From Candidatus Electronema halotolerans (GTDB taxonomy: Bacteria; Desulfobacterota; Desulfobulbia; Desulfobulbales; Desulfobulbaceae): a stretch of DNA of 32,000 bases. Within the stretch, counting starts at the first letter, position 1. Every line of letters starts with the position of its first letter. Of the stretch, positions 19,107-28,316 are shown piece after piece. The stretch spans positions 570,001 through 602,000 of the forward strand of contig OW818675.1 of NCBI GenBank assembly GCA_942493095.1. The letters run 5' to 3'. The translations under genes were made by a program, and so were the position numbers. The notes under the pieces were generated by a model. It made no database searches. It had not been told where the DNA came from and worked only from the letters and a program-made list of their open reading frames with translations.

Positions 19107-21239
19107 GTGAACAAAGCCATTCATCTTGCTTTAGCTGGCAATCCCAATGCCGGCAAGACCACCTTGTTCAATCATCTCACCGGCGCACGCCAGCATGTGG
19201 GCAATTATCCCGGCGTGACCGTGGAGAAAAAAGAGGGTTTTTTTCATCATGACGAGCAAAAGTTCAGGGTGGTTGACCTGCCTGGCACCTATTCCCTGAC
19301 CGCTTATTCAGTCGAGGAATTAGTTGCCCGTGACTACGTGGTCAATGAGCAGCCGGATGTGGTGATCAACATTGTTGATGCGGTCAATTTGGAGCGCAAT
19401 CTTTACCTGACCTGCCAGTTTCTCGAACTGGGCGTGCCAATGGTTGTGGCTCTGAACATGGTTGATGCGGCGGAAAAACGGGGCATCAGCATTGACGCGG
19501 CAGAACTGGGCCGCCTGCTGGGCGTGCCGGTGATGCCGATTGTCGCCCGCAGCGGCAAAGGGGTGCCGGAGCTACTCGCTGCGGCGGCAGCGGTCAGTGC
19601 GGGGCAGGAACAGCAGCAGGCCCTGCTCCGCTACGGCTCAGACATTGACCAGAGCTTGTGCGACTTCATTCCCCTGATCGAGGCCAGCAGCCTGCTGGCC
19701 AAAAGCTGTCCGCCCCGCTGGATTGCCCTGAAAGTGCTAGAAAATGATGAGCAGATCATCAGCAAGGTCATGCAGGCGGATGCGGAACTGGGTCAGCAGC
19801 TTCTCAGCCGCAGCGAGCGGCTGACCCAGCACCTGCGCAGCACCATGGATGCCTACCCGGAGGCGGTGATTGCCGACCACCGCTACGGCTTCATCAAGTC
19901 GATCCTCCGGCAGGGCGTGCTGACAAGAACATTTGATCAAGACCGGCTCTACGCCTCAGACAGGATAGACAAAATCGTCACCCACCGGCTGCTGGGGCCG
20001 CTGCTCATGGCTGCGGTGCTCTTCGGTCTGTACAGCTTCACCTTTGGCTGGTCCGGCTTTCTGGTGGATTGGCTGACAGCCCTGTTTGATGCCATCAGCC
20101 AAGCTGCTGATGCGGCCCTGCCGGACGGCCCGCTCAAGTCCATGCTCATTGCCGGGGTGATTGACGGCGCAGGCGGGGTGCTGGGCTTTGTGCCGATCAT
20201 CATGTTCATGTTCTTCGGCATTGCCGTGCTGGAGGATTCCGGCTATTTAGCCCGCGTGGCCTTCATGATGGACCGAATTTTTCATTTCTTCGGCCTGCAC
20301 GGCTCCTCAGTCATGCCCTTCATTGTCTCAGGTGGCATAGCAGGCGGCTGCGCCGTGCCGGGCGTGTTCGCGGCCCGCACCCTGCGCTCGCCCAAGGAGC
20401 GGATGGCCACCCTCCTGACTGTGCCGTTCATGAACTGCGGGGCCAAGCTGCCTGTCCTGACCCTGATCATTGCCGCCTTTTTCGCGGATCATCAGACTGC
20501 CTACATGTTTGCCGCCACCCTGCTGACGTGGTTAGTCGCTCTGCTGGCCGCCAAAATCCTCCGCCTGACCGTGCTGCGCGGCGAATCCACGCCCTTTGTC
20601 ATGGAGCTGCCGCCCTACCGCTTTCCCACGCTCCGGGGCCTGCTGATTCATACATGGGAGCGGACTTGGCAGTACATGAAAAAGGCAGGCACGGTGATTC
20701 TCGGCATTTCCATCCTCCTTTGGGCCATGATGACCTATCCCGGCCTGCCTGCGGATCAGGCTGAAAATTTTGCCGCCCGGCGGGCTGCCACCTCCGCGCA
20801 GGAGGTTGAGCAGCTCGCCCGCCAAGAAGCTGAAGCCGGACTGCGGCATTCGTTTGCCGGGCGGATCGGTCTGGCCTTGGAGCCGCTCAGTCAATATGCC
20901 GGTTTTGACTGGCGCACCAATATTGCCCTGCTCGGCGGCTTCGCAGCCAAGGAGGTGATCATCTCGACAATGGGCACAGCCTATTCGCTCGGCGAAACTG
21001 CTGCCGAGGACGCAGCTCCGCTCAAGGAACGGCTGGCCAAGGATGCGCATTGGAACCGGGCCGCCGCCTTGGCCTTTCTCGTCTTTGTCATGTTCTACGC
21101 CCCCTGCTTTGTCACAGTGGTGGCCATTGCCAAGGAAAGCGGCTCGTGGAAATGGGCAGCGTTCTCCATTGCCTTCAACACCGCAGTCGCCTCGCTGCTG
21201 GCTGTCACTATTTTTCAAGTCGGACGGCTGCTGGGATAA
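19107..21239 (+). CDS. feoB: Ferrous iron transport protein B (GTP start)
   Basis: LALAGNPNAGKTTLFNHLTGARQHVGNYPGVTVEKKEG, VDLPGTYSLTAYS, LNMVDAA, VAFMMDRIFHFFGLHGSSVMPFIVSGGIAGGCAVPG; GTG start codon at 19107. Confidence 0.97.
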   Translation: MNKAIHLALAGNPNAGKTTLFNHLTGARQHVGNYPGVTVEKKEGFFHHDEQKFRVVDLPGTYSLTAYSVEELVARDYVVNEQPDVVINIVDAVNLERNLYLTCQFLELGVPMVVALNMVDAAEKRGISIDAAELGRLLGVPVMPIVARSGKGVPELLAAAAAVSAGQEQQQALLRYGSDIDQSLCDFIPLIEASSLLAKSCPPRWIALKVLENDEQIISKVMQADAELGQQLLSRSERLTQHLRSTMDAYPEAVIADHRYGFIKSILRQGVLTRTFDQDRLYASDRIDKIVTHRLLGPLLMAAVLFGLYSFTFGWSGFLVDWLTALFDAISQAADAALPDGPLKSMLIAGVIDGAGGVLGFVPIIMFMFFGIAVLEDSGYLARVAFMMDRIFHFFGLHGSSVMPFIVSGGIAGGCAVPGVFAARTLRSPKERMATLLTVPFMNCGAKLPVLTLIIAAFFADHQTAYMFAATLLTWLVALLAAKILRLTVLRGESTPFVMELPPYRFPTLRGLLIHTWERTWQYMKKAGTVILGISILLWAMMTYPGLPADQAENFAARRAATSAQEVEQLARQEAEAGLRHSFAGRIGLALEPLSQYAGFDWRTNIALLGGFAAKEVIISTMGTAYSLGETAAEDAAPLKERLAKDAHWNRAAALAFLVFVMFYAPCFVTVVAIAKESGSWKWAAFSIAFNTAVASLLAVTIFQVGRLLG

Positions 21240-21248
21240 GATGTTGCG

Positions 21249-21611
21249 ATGTTTTTAAAGAGGGGCGATGTGAAGGACACAGTTCTCTCCACAGGAATCC
21301 GTTTTGCTGAAGCATTGACGACAGGGCGATATGCAGATGCTCGCTCCTTGTTAACATCAGACTTGCAGCGTTCCTGCTCTGAAGAACAACTGCGTTTGCA
21401 GTATGAACAAATGACTGCATACAGTTCAGAATCAGCAATGCCAGATGGCCATACGTTATTTATAGAGAATTGGCCTGCTAAAACAACAGGTGATCTTGGT
21501 TGGCTCTACGTTTCTATTTCTGGCAGCGGATTTGCGGAAGCTGTTACAGTGGTTGTGACGGATGAAAGAGGCACGCCAAAAATCAGAGACATTGAATGGG
21601 GTCGGCCATAG
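21249..21611 (+). CDS. Hypothetical protein, possibly NTF2/DUF3887-like
   Basis: GIRFAEALTTGRYADARSLLTSDLQRSCSEEQLRLQYEQM...GWLYVSISGSGFAEAVTVVVTDERGTPKIRDIEWG; short gap before panB. Confidence 0.6.
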   Translation: MFLKRGDVKDTVLSTGIRFAEALTTGRYADARSLLTSDLQRSCSEEQLRLQYEQMTAYSSESAMPDGHTLFIENWPAKTTGDLGWLYVSISGSGFAEAVTVVVTDERGTPKIRDIEWGRP

Positions 21612-21618
21612 AGATTTT

Positions 21619-22467
21619 ATGAAAAAAATTACAGTCAAAGACTTCCGGGAGCGCAAGGGCGGCAAAAAGCTGGCCCTGCTCACCGCTTATGATGCCTCGA
21701 CGGCCCGACTTTTGGACAACGCGGGCGCAGATGCCCTTTTGGTCGGCGACTCGCTGGGCATGGTGGTGCTGGGCTATGAATCCACCCTGCCGGTGACGAT
21801 GGAGCAGATGCTCCACCATGCCGGAGCAGTCAGCCGGGGAACACAGCGGGGCTTGGTGATTGGTGACATGCCTTTTGGCTCCTATCAGGTCAGCGAGGCG
21901 CAGGCGGTTGCCAATGGCCTGCGCTTCTTGAAAGAAGCGGGCTGCGGGGCGGTCAAGCTGGAGGGCGGCAGCGAAGTCTGCGGCACAGTGCGGGCCTTGG
22001 TCCGGGCCGGGGTGCCGGTCATGGGCCATGTCGGCCTGACTCCGCAGACTGCCGGGCAGATGGGCGGCTTCAAGGTGCAGGGCAAGGACATAGCTGCGGC
22101 CCGCAGACTGCTTGCTGATGCCAAGGCCTTGGAAGAGGCTGGCATCTTCAGTCTGGTGCTGGAGGCTCTGCCTGCTTCGCTGGCAGCGGTGATTACAGCC
22201 GCAGTCTCTGTGCCGACCATCGGCATCGGGGCCGGGCCGCACTGCGACGGTCAGATTTTAGTGACCAATGATCTGCTGGGCCTGTTTGAAAAATTTGTGC
22301 CCAGTTTTGTCAAGCAGTATGTCAAGCTGGCCCCGGCCATCAACGAGGCGGTGCAAAACTACATCAGCGAGGTGGAGGGCGGCGCATTCCCCGGCCCAGA
22401 GCACTGCTTTGCCAGCAAAGAGGATTTCAGCGGCCTGCTGGCAGAACTGCCGGACAGTTCTGCTTGA
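21619..22467 (+). CDS. panB: 3-methyl-2-oxobutanoate hydroxymethyltransferase
   Basis: LLTAYDASTARLLDNAGADALLVGDSLGMVVLGYESTLPVTMEQMLHHAGAVSRG, DMPFGSY, GHVGLTPQ, GIGAGPHCDGQILVTNDLLGL. Confidence 0.97.
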   Translation: MKKITVKDFRERKGGKKLALLTAYDASTARLLDNAGADALLVGDSLGMVVLGYESTLPVTMEQMLHHAGAVSRGTQRGLVIGDMPFGSYQVSEAQAVANGLRFLKEAGCGAVKLEGGSEVCGTVRALVRAGVPVMGHVGLTPQTAGQMGGFKVQGKDIAAARRLLADAKALEEAGIFSLVLEALPASLAAVITAAVSVPTIGIGAGPHCDGQILVTNDLLGLFEKFVPSFVKQYVKLAPAINEAVQNYISEVEGGAFPGPEHCFASKEDFSGLLAELPDSSA

Positions 22468-22498
22468 CGGCGGCAGAGCAGCGCGCTACAACAAGCGG

Positions 22499-23386
22499 AT
22501 GACAGATAGCAACGCGCATATTCCGGTTCTGCCCCGCGAGGTGCTGGACTGGCTGCGGCCCTGCTCCGGCAGGACATATATTGATGGCACCCTCGGTCTT
22601 GGCGGCCATGCCGGGCTGATTCTCGGTGATTCCAGCCCGGACGGACGGGTCTTGGGTTTTGAATGGGACAGCCAGGCAGCGCAGCTGGCTCAGGCGCGGC
22701 TGGCGGAATTCGGCAGCAGGTTGCAGCTTATTCCTTCTTCCTACGCAGAGATGGCTGTTCAATGCCGAACGCAGGGGCTGGTGCAGGCGGACGGCATTCT
22801 CCTCGACTTGGGCGCATCCTCGCTCCAGTTTGACAGGCCGGAGCGGGGCTTCAGCTTCATGACGGACGCGCCGCTTGACATGCGGATGAACACCAGCCTG
22901 CTGACCAGCGCGGCGGAATTGGTCAACCAATTGTCGCAGGAGGAGCTGGCCGATATTTTTTACAATTACGGCGAGGAGCGGCAGGCCCGCCGCATTGCCC
23001 GCTTCATTGTTGAGGCCCGCCTTGCCCAGCCTGTAGAACGCACCAAACAATTGGCTGAGATTGTCCGTCAGGCGGTGCCCGGCAAATATCAGCCAAAAAA
23101 AATACATCCGGCCACCAAGGTCTTTCAGGCTTTGCGGATTGCGGTCAATCGGGAGCTGGACAATCTTGCCAAGGTGCTGACCGATGCGCCTGCCCTGCTT
23201 GCGCCGGGTGCCCGGCTCTGCATCATCACTTTTCATTCCTTGGAAGACCGGATGGTCAAGCAGAGTTTCCTCAACAATCCTGCTCTGCGGGTGCTGACCA
23301 AAAAACCAATCCTGCCCAGCGAAACTGAGCTGCGCCTCAATCCCCGCAGTCGCAGCGCCAAACTGCGGGTGGCAGTAAGAATTTGA
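22499..23386 (+). CDS. rsmH: 16S rRNA (cytosine(1402)-N(4))-methyltransferase
   Basis: HIPVLPREVLDWL, YIDGTLGLGGHAGLIL, FSFMTDAPLDMRMN, FHPATKVFQALRIAVNRELDNL-type motif (IHPATKVFQALRIAVNREL), CIITFHSLEDRMVKQSF. Confidence 0.96.
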   Translation: MTDSNAHIPVLPREVLDWLRPCSGRTYIDGTLGLGGHAGLILGDSSPDGRVLGFEWDSQAAQLAQARLAEFGSRLQLIPSSYAEMAVQCRTQGLVQADGILLDLGASSLQFDRPERGFSFMTDAPLDMRMNTSLLTSAAELVNQLSQEELADIFYNYGEERQARRIARFIVEARLAQPVERTKQLAEIVRQAVPGKYQPKKIHPATKVFQALRIAVNRELDNLAKVLTDAPALLAPGARLCIITFHSLEDRMVKQSFLNNPALRVLTKKPILPSETELRLNPRSRSAKLRVAVRI

Positions 23387-23397
23387 AAAAACGCGGT

Positions 23398-23578
23398 GAA
23401 TTCAAATTCCAAGTGCAACTTTTTTGGTTGCAAGAAAAGGCAGTTACGGGAGTGTCACAACTTTGCTTTTGTCGCTAACTAAGAGAAAATAATTGAAAAT
23501 TTACATGAAGTATTCAAAGTGCCAGCCAACCTATGCTTTTTGGATAACCAAAAAAAGTTGCACTTGCGAGTTGAATCC
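23398..23578. repeat. Small MITE-like element bounded by about 33-nt imperfect inverted repeats
   Basis: Left GAATTCAAATTCCAAGTGCAACTTTTTTGGTT; right arm reverse complement GGATTCAACTCGCAAGTGCAACTTTTTTTGGTT; the right end abuts the nifJ fragment. Confidence 0.6.
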
Positions 23579-23581
23579 ACA

Positions 23582-24454
23582 CTTCTGGGCGGCCTCCATC
23601 AGCGCGTCGCAATGCTCAGGATTGGCCATCTTCAGCATCCGGTAGCGGTTCTCATTCAGGGCGTAGTCGGCAAACTTGATGCTCGGCTCCTTGGAGTCGA
23701 TGATCAGCGGATTCTTGCCTTCCTCCTCCAGGAGCGGATTGTAGCGGTAGAGCGGCCAGTGTCCGCACTCAACCGCCTTCTTCTGCTGGTCAAGGCCCTT
23801 GGTCATGTCAATGCCGTGATTGATGCAGTGGGCATAGGCGATGATGATCGACGGGCCGTCGTATGCTTCCGCCTCGTTGATCGCCTTGACAAGCTGCTGC
23901 GGGTTCGCGCCCAGAGCGACCCTGGCCACGTAGATATTGCCGTAGGTGGAGAAGATCATGCCCATGTCCTTCTTGGCCATCTTCTTGCCGCCAGCAGCGA
24001 ACTGAGCGACCGCCGCACGCGGGGTTGACTTGGACATCTGGCCGCCGGTGTTGGAGTAAACCTTGGTGTCGACCAGCACGTTGATGTTCTCGCCCGATGC
24101 CAGAACATGATCCAGGCCGCCGTAGCCGATGTCGTAGGCCCAGCCGTCGCCGCCAAAGCACCAGACCGATTTCTTGACTAAATAATCAGCCACCGGCAGG
24201 AGGCGGGAGGCAGTGACGCTCTTGCTGCTGGACAGGGCCTTTTTCAGCTCCTCGACCCTGCCGCGCTGGGCCTCAATCTCGTCCTGGGTCTTCTGGCTGG
24301 CGTTGAGCAGCGAATCAGCAAGCTCCTGATTCACCATGCCTTCCGCCACAGCTGAGTGCAGCAGCTCGGCAGCCTGCATGGCCAGCTTGTTCACGGCCTG
24401 CCTCATGCCGAGGCCATACTCGGCGTTGTCCTCGAACAGGGAGTTGGACCAAGC
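23582..24454 (-). pseudogene. nifJ: Internal fragment of pyruvate:ferredoxin oxidoreductase, partial duplicate of the gene at the right edge
   Basis: Near-identical to 31039-31914 at nucleotide level; lacks the native C-terminus (reads into the IR element) and everything upstream of SNSLFEDNAEYGLGMRQAVNK. Confidence 0.92.
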
Positions 24455-24470
24455 GACATGAAGGAAGGAA

Positions 24471-24863
24471 TTATTTCAGCAGCTTCACATGGCTGTACGC
24501 AAGAATCTTTCTGTCCAAGGTCAGCAACGGGCAGTCATGAATACGGGCGGTGGCGACAATGATCTGATCAGCCGGGTCGCGATGAAACTCTCCGGGCAGC
24601 CGGGTTGATTCCACAGCAATGCGGGGCGACAGTTCAAAAAGCTGAATGCCGGGATACTGCAAAGCCTGATGTATCCAGTCGGAAACATCCATGTCAAAGT
24701 GGAGCCGCTTCAGTTCAAACAGCTTGGCGATCTCCCAGCAGGAGATGACGCTCACGCCCAAGCCGTCCGCTTCATGTTCGATGATCTGGCGTTGGACAGA
24801 TTCAGGCAATTGCTGTTCATCAAGAACCCACTTGACCCAGATATGCGTGTCAAGCAGGATCAT
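24471..24863 (-). CDS. PIN-domain toxin, VapC-like
   Basis: MILLDTHIWVKWVLDEQQLP...VSVISCWEIAKL...FHRDPADQIIVATARIHDCPLLTLDRKI; start/stop overlap with the upstream antitoxin. Confidence 0.9.
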   Translation of the reverse strand: MILLDTHIWVKWVLDEQQLPESVQRQIIEHEADGLGVSVISCWEIAKLFELKRLHFDMDVSDWIHQALQYPGIQLFELSPRIAVESTRLPGEFHRDPADQIIVATARIHDCPLLTLDRKILAYSHVKLLK

Positions 24864-25102
24864 TGCAGGGCCTCCCAATCGTCAACTGCCACTGGTTCTG
24901 TCGGATCAATGTATGTGAAAGGACGACCTCGCAGCGGATAACGCTCCTGTTCTTTCTCCGGCCTGCCTTGAGATGCTGGGTTAAGCAGGACTGTTTCCCG
25001 GAATATCCGAATTAGCTCAAGAAGATTTGGGAAATATTCGCTTGGGATTGCTTTGACTTCTTTAAGCAGAGCTTGCTGACAAGCAATATCTTGATTTGAC
25101 AT
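24860..25102 (-). CDS. Putative cognate antitoxin
   Basis: 80 aa, AIPSEYFPNLLELIRIFRETVLLNPASQG...TYIDPTEPVAVDDWEALQ; immediately precedes and overlaps vapC. Confidence 0.7.
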   Translation of the reverse strand: MSNQDIACQQALLKEVKAIPSEYFPNLLELIRIFRETVLLNPASQGRPEKEQERYPLRGRPFTYIDPTEPVAVDDWEALQ

Positions 25103-25156
25103 GGCATTTTTTGTATATATAGGAAGGTGAAGTTGTGGCAGGCGATGAAGCTGGCT

Positions 25157-26141
25157 TTACTGATTGTCAAGACCCGTATGATTGCATTCCGATTTTTTAA
25201 ACAATTCGGGATGAGTTTTCCTCCACTTGTCAAGAGCCGCCTCCGGCGTGATATGGCCGAGATTTCTTTGAGTAATATTAAAAAATTGTAGATATGAAGA
25301 TACTGCATCAAAGCCTCTTCAAGCTGCTGGGCCGGATTCAAAGCGGGTCTGCTGAACAATTTCTTGAATTCTGCCGTTAAAGCGTTCAACCATGCCGTTT
25401 GTCTGCGGTTTTCTCGGCTTGATCAAGCGATGCTCAATGCCGTGCTCCGCGCATTCCTGATCGAAGAGATGGTTTCCAGTCGGCTTCCGTTCGCCTGTCG
25501 GACAGAAACGGTCGGTGAATTCCTTGCCGTTATCCGTGAGAATCCTTGAAATAAAAAATGGAGCCTTCTTGACGAGATTCTTTAAAAAAGAACGGGCTTC
25601 CTCCGCTTTCTTCGAGGCGTGAATTTCCATATAAACCCATCTGGTCGCCCTGTCAACAGCAACGAACAGATACTTCCTGCTTTCCTCATCCGGCATCTGC
25701 GGGAGGTGCTTTGATGTCGGCATGAATAAAGCCAGGTTCATAATCCTTGAATGTTTTTAGAGATTTCCCCCGCATCTCCTCTTCAGGGATCAAATTTTTA
25801 AGGTTCGAGACTCCATGCCGCCTAAGACAGCGGTCAAGTGCAGAGCGCGACATCTTAGGACATAATAATTTCCGCACAACAACAAGGAGATCGTCGATTG
25901 GAAGCAGCAGTGATGTCCGCAATTCAATCACAATCGCCTCTTGGAAAGATGTGAGGCTCGTGTTCAAATTATGTGGCGTGTGCGAATAATCTTCAACAGT
26001 TTCAAGGTGTTTCCACTTGCGGACTGTGTCCCTGCTGATGCCATATTTCGCGGCGAGCTTCCGTTCAGAAAGCGTTGACTGCTGAATTTCCCGACGGATT
26101 GCAGGGGTCGTCCGCGCTCTTTTGTGCAGGGTGATGTTCAT
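25157..26141 (-). pseudogene. IS481-like transposase with several frameshifts
   Basis: HTH: STLSERKLAAKYGISRDTVRKWK; DDE part: KYLFVAVDRATRWVYMEIHASKKAEEARSFLKNL...RILTDNGKEFTDRF...PQTNGMVERFNGRIQEIV; C-terminus NITQRNLGHITPEAALDKWRKTHPELFKKSECNHTGLDNQ*. The parts are in different frames. Confidence 0.9.
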
Positions 26142-26566
26142 GATGACAAACCGGGTTGTTCGTGTTCTGACAATATCTCGCTGATCCGTTCCCAAGCTCG
26201 AAACAACGGCCAGCTTCTTTCTGGTATATTATCATGCGGGGCTTGATAGCTTATCTGCGCATCCTCCACGCTGACAGGCCGCCCTGCTTTGACTCTTGCC
26301 GCAACAATCAGCGCGTATTCCTGCGCCGCCGCTGCATCAAACGGGAGATTTCTGCCGTCAAACAGGGAAAATATTTCTTTGGCGGCTTGCAGCAATTCAT
26401 TTTTCCGTCGTCCTTCCGGCAGCAGGGCAAGGCCAAGTTCAATTTCCGCCTGCGTCACGGCACTGATGAAGAGCTGTTCAGCGGGCTGCGCATCCAGCCA
26501 TTCGACAACTGCCGGAAATGGCGATGGACGCATCAGCTCCGAAAGGATATTGGTGTCAAGGAGCAT
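26138..26566 (-). CDS. PIN-domain toxin, FitB/VapC-like, apparently altered C-terminus
   Basis: MLLDTNILSELMRPSP...ISAVTQAEIELGLALLPEGRRKNELLQAA...RPVSVEDAQI, then departs from the family pattern. Confidence 0.82.
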   Translation of the reverse strand: MLLDTNILSELMRPSPFPAVVEWLDAQPAEQLFISAVTQAEIELGLALLPEGRRKNELLQAAKEIFSLFDGRNLPFDAAAAQEYALIVAARVKAGRPVSVEDAQISYQAPHDNIPERSWPLFRAWERISEILSEHEQPGLSS

Positions 26567-26801
26567 CGGAATCTTGCAGCAAGCCTGTTAATCTTGGCAA
26601 AGACCGGCTGGGAAGAGGAAGTTCAATGCCGCCGATTTCTTGGAACCGCTGCTGAATGCGGGTGCCGATTCCAGATTGAACATTGAGGGATTTTTCCAGA
26701 ATGTTTTTCACTTCATCCTCTACAGTGCGGCGATGACGAGCGGCCTGCGTCTTCAGCCGTGAACCGACTGATTCTTCAATTGCGATAGTCAATATTTCCA
26801 T
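26556..26801 (-). CDS. FitA/VapB-like antitoxin
   Basis: MEILTIAIEESVGSRLKTQAARHRRTVEDEVKNILEKSLN is a ribbon-helix-helix-type N-terminus; overlaps the toxin start. Confidence 0.8.
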   Translation of the reverse strand: MEILTIAIEESVGSRLKTQAARHRRTVEDEVKNILEKSLNVQSGIGTRIQQRFQEIGGIELPLPSRSLPRLTGLLQDSDAP

Positions 26802-27023
26802 TATTGCAATCTCTCCCATACATCTAAAACTGTTGGTTCTTTCTGTAAGAAAAAAAGCTGCCTCCCGTTTATGAGAGAGCTGCGGTTGATTTGCTGGCTT
26901 CAAGTATTATAGCAACCGGGGAGATTGAGGGCAACTGAGGGAGTGCGAAAGAGCGGAAGAAGAGGCTGTTGCGGCGAGTTTCAGCAACAAAAAAAGCTGA
27001 ACTTCCAGCAGCGGAGGCCCAGC

Positions 27024-28316
27024 TTACCGTGCCTTTATCTTCATGCTTCGCTCCATATAATTAAATGCCATCCAGAAATTTGCTTGTGTCCATAACAATG
27101 GAGTGGTATCACCAGGAATATACTGACCATGCTCCAAATAATAAAGTTCCGGGCATTTAAATCCTCCGAAGCGACTGTCTTCCGGCGTAAGCTGGCTTAA
27201 TGAGCGGTTGAAATAGTCTATTTGCAGTTGCAGGAAACGCTTGTCGTGTGTTTTCTGATAGTTCATCCCATAGATGATAGACATGACAGGATCAAAAATA
27301 CACCATTGCGCTTCTTGACCAGATTGCAATAAACTATCACGTTCAGCAATATTATCACTCACATCAATTGTTCTTTCCTCTTCTTTTACTTTCTCTTTGT
27401 AATCAGCAGACCAATAGGAATCGCCTAAATAGCGGCGGATACCATAGTCTCCTTGTAAATGCGTTCTGACATCATTGAGGATTTGATCGGCAATTTCTTC
27501 GCTGACGACATTCAGAGGGAATATCAGAAATAATAAAGCTGCGTCATAACGGCGGTACTTTTCAGGCTGGATACATTCGGCTGGCAAGATGGCATTTAAC
27601 GCTTCCTGGCCTTTGGCAATCAATCCAGTTACGAACTCGCTGGTAATAATTTTATCCTTACAATGAATAGAATATCTGTTTTCGCCGATTATTTTATTTA
27701 ATTCGATTAATGCGGCAACCACCACGCCAATACTGGATGCTTCAACTTTTCGCACTTCTTCCCAATGACCGCTGTCTTCATCTTGCCAGTAAGCGATTTT
27801 ATCGAAATACAAGGCAAACAAGGCGAGCAATTCTGTTTGCGCTGCGTTGAGTTCGGCAATGGCGTGTTCATTGTAGAGTTTGCAGAACAGCCAGAGAAAA
27901 TATCCAAGCGCGTCATTTTCAGCGTGCGCCCATTTTTGCTTGATTTCGGACAGATCATTGCCGTTGAAGCGAATATGAGGGCGATTCATCGGGTCGTTAA
28001 AATCTAACTCACCGGCAATAATTTTTTCAAATCGCCATTGGTGCTTGATGAAATAGTCAGTGAATGCGGTGATGTTTTTGATGGCGATGTCAGTTTTGCC
28101 ATTCAGATAATGGGCGTAGGCGATATGAATATTGTCACGTATCCAAACGTTATTATAGCCGGTATATTCAGATTCAGTTTGCAAATTGGCTGCTGGAAAG
28201 AGACCATTGTCTAACAATGGAAACAAAAAAGAATCTTTCCCGGTTAAGAGATCGAAAATATCCTTCAAGTTTGATGAAGAATATTCTCTTGCAACTATGC
28301 TGTAGTTGATCGACAT
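27024..28316 (-). CDS. GH15 / phosphorylase-kinase-alpha-like (alpha/alpha)6-barrel protein
   Basis: NNVWIRDNIHIAYAHYLNG...MNRPHIRFNGNDLSEIKQKWAHAENDALGYFLWLF...HWEEVRKVEASSIGVVVAALIEL...RRYLGDSYW. Family from recalled motifs. Confidence 0.7.
   Translation of the reverse strand: MSINYSIVAREYSSSNLKDIFDLLTGKDSFLFPLLDNGLFPAANLQTESEYTGYNNVWIRDNIHIAYAHYLNGKTDIAIKNITAFTDYFIKHQWRFEKIIAGELDFNDPMNRPHIRFNGNDLSEIKQKWAHAENDALGYFLWLFCKLYNEHAIAELNAAQTELLALFALYFDKIAYWQDEDSGHWEEVRKVEASSIGVVVAALIELNKIIGENRYSIHCKDKIITSEFVTGLIAKGQEALNAILPAECIQPEKYRRYDAALLFLIFPLNVVSEEIADQILNDVRTHLQGDYGIRRYLGDSYWSADYKEKVKEEERTIDVSDNIAERDSLLQSGQEAQWCIFDPVMSIIYGMNYQKTHDKRFLQLQIDYFNRSLSQLTPEDSRFGGFKCPELYYLEHGQYIPGDTTPLLWTQANFWMAFNYMERSMKIKAR

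Noticed and set aside
23519-24028. Plus-strand ORF sharing sequence with 30865-31485
   Set aside because: Its apparent conservation at two loci is explained by the nifJ duplication; both copies are antisense to nifJ.
25012-25389. 125 aa minus-strand ORF as an independent gene
   Set aside because: Its middle matches an out-of-frame part of the IS481-like transposase (LNPAQQLEEALMQYLHIYN); the rest is read-through.
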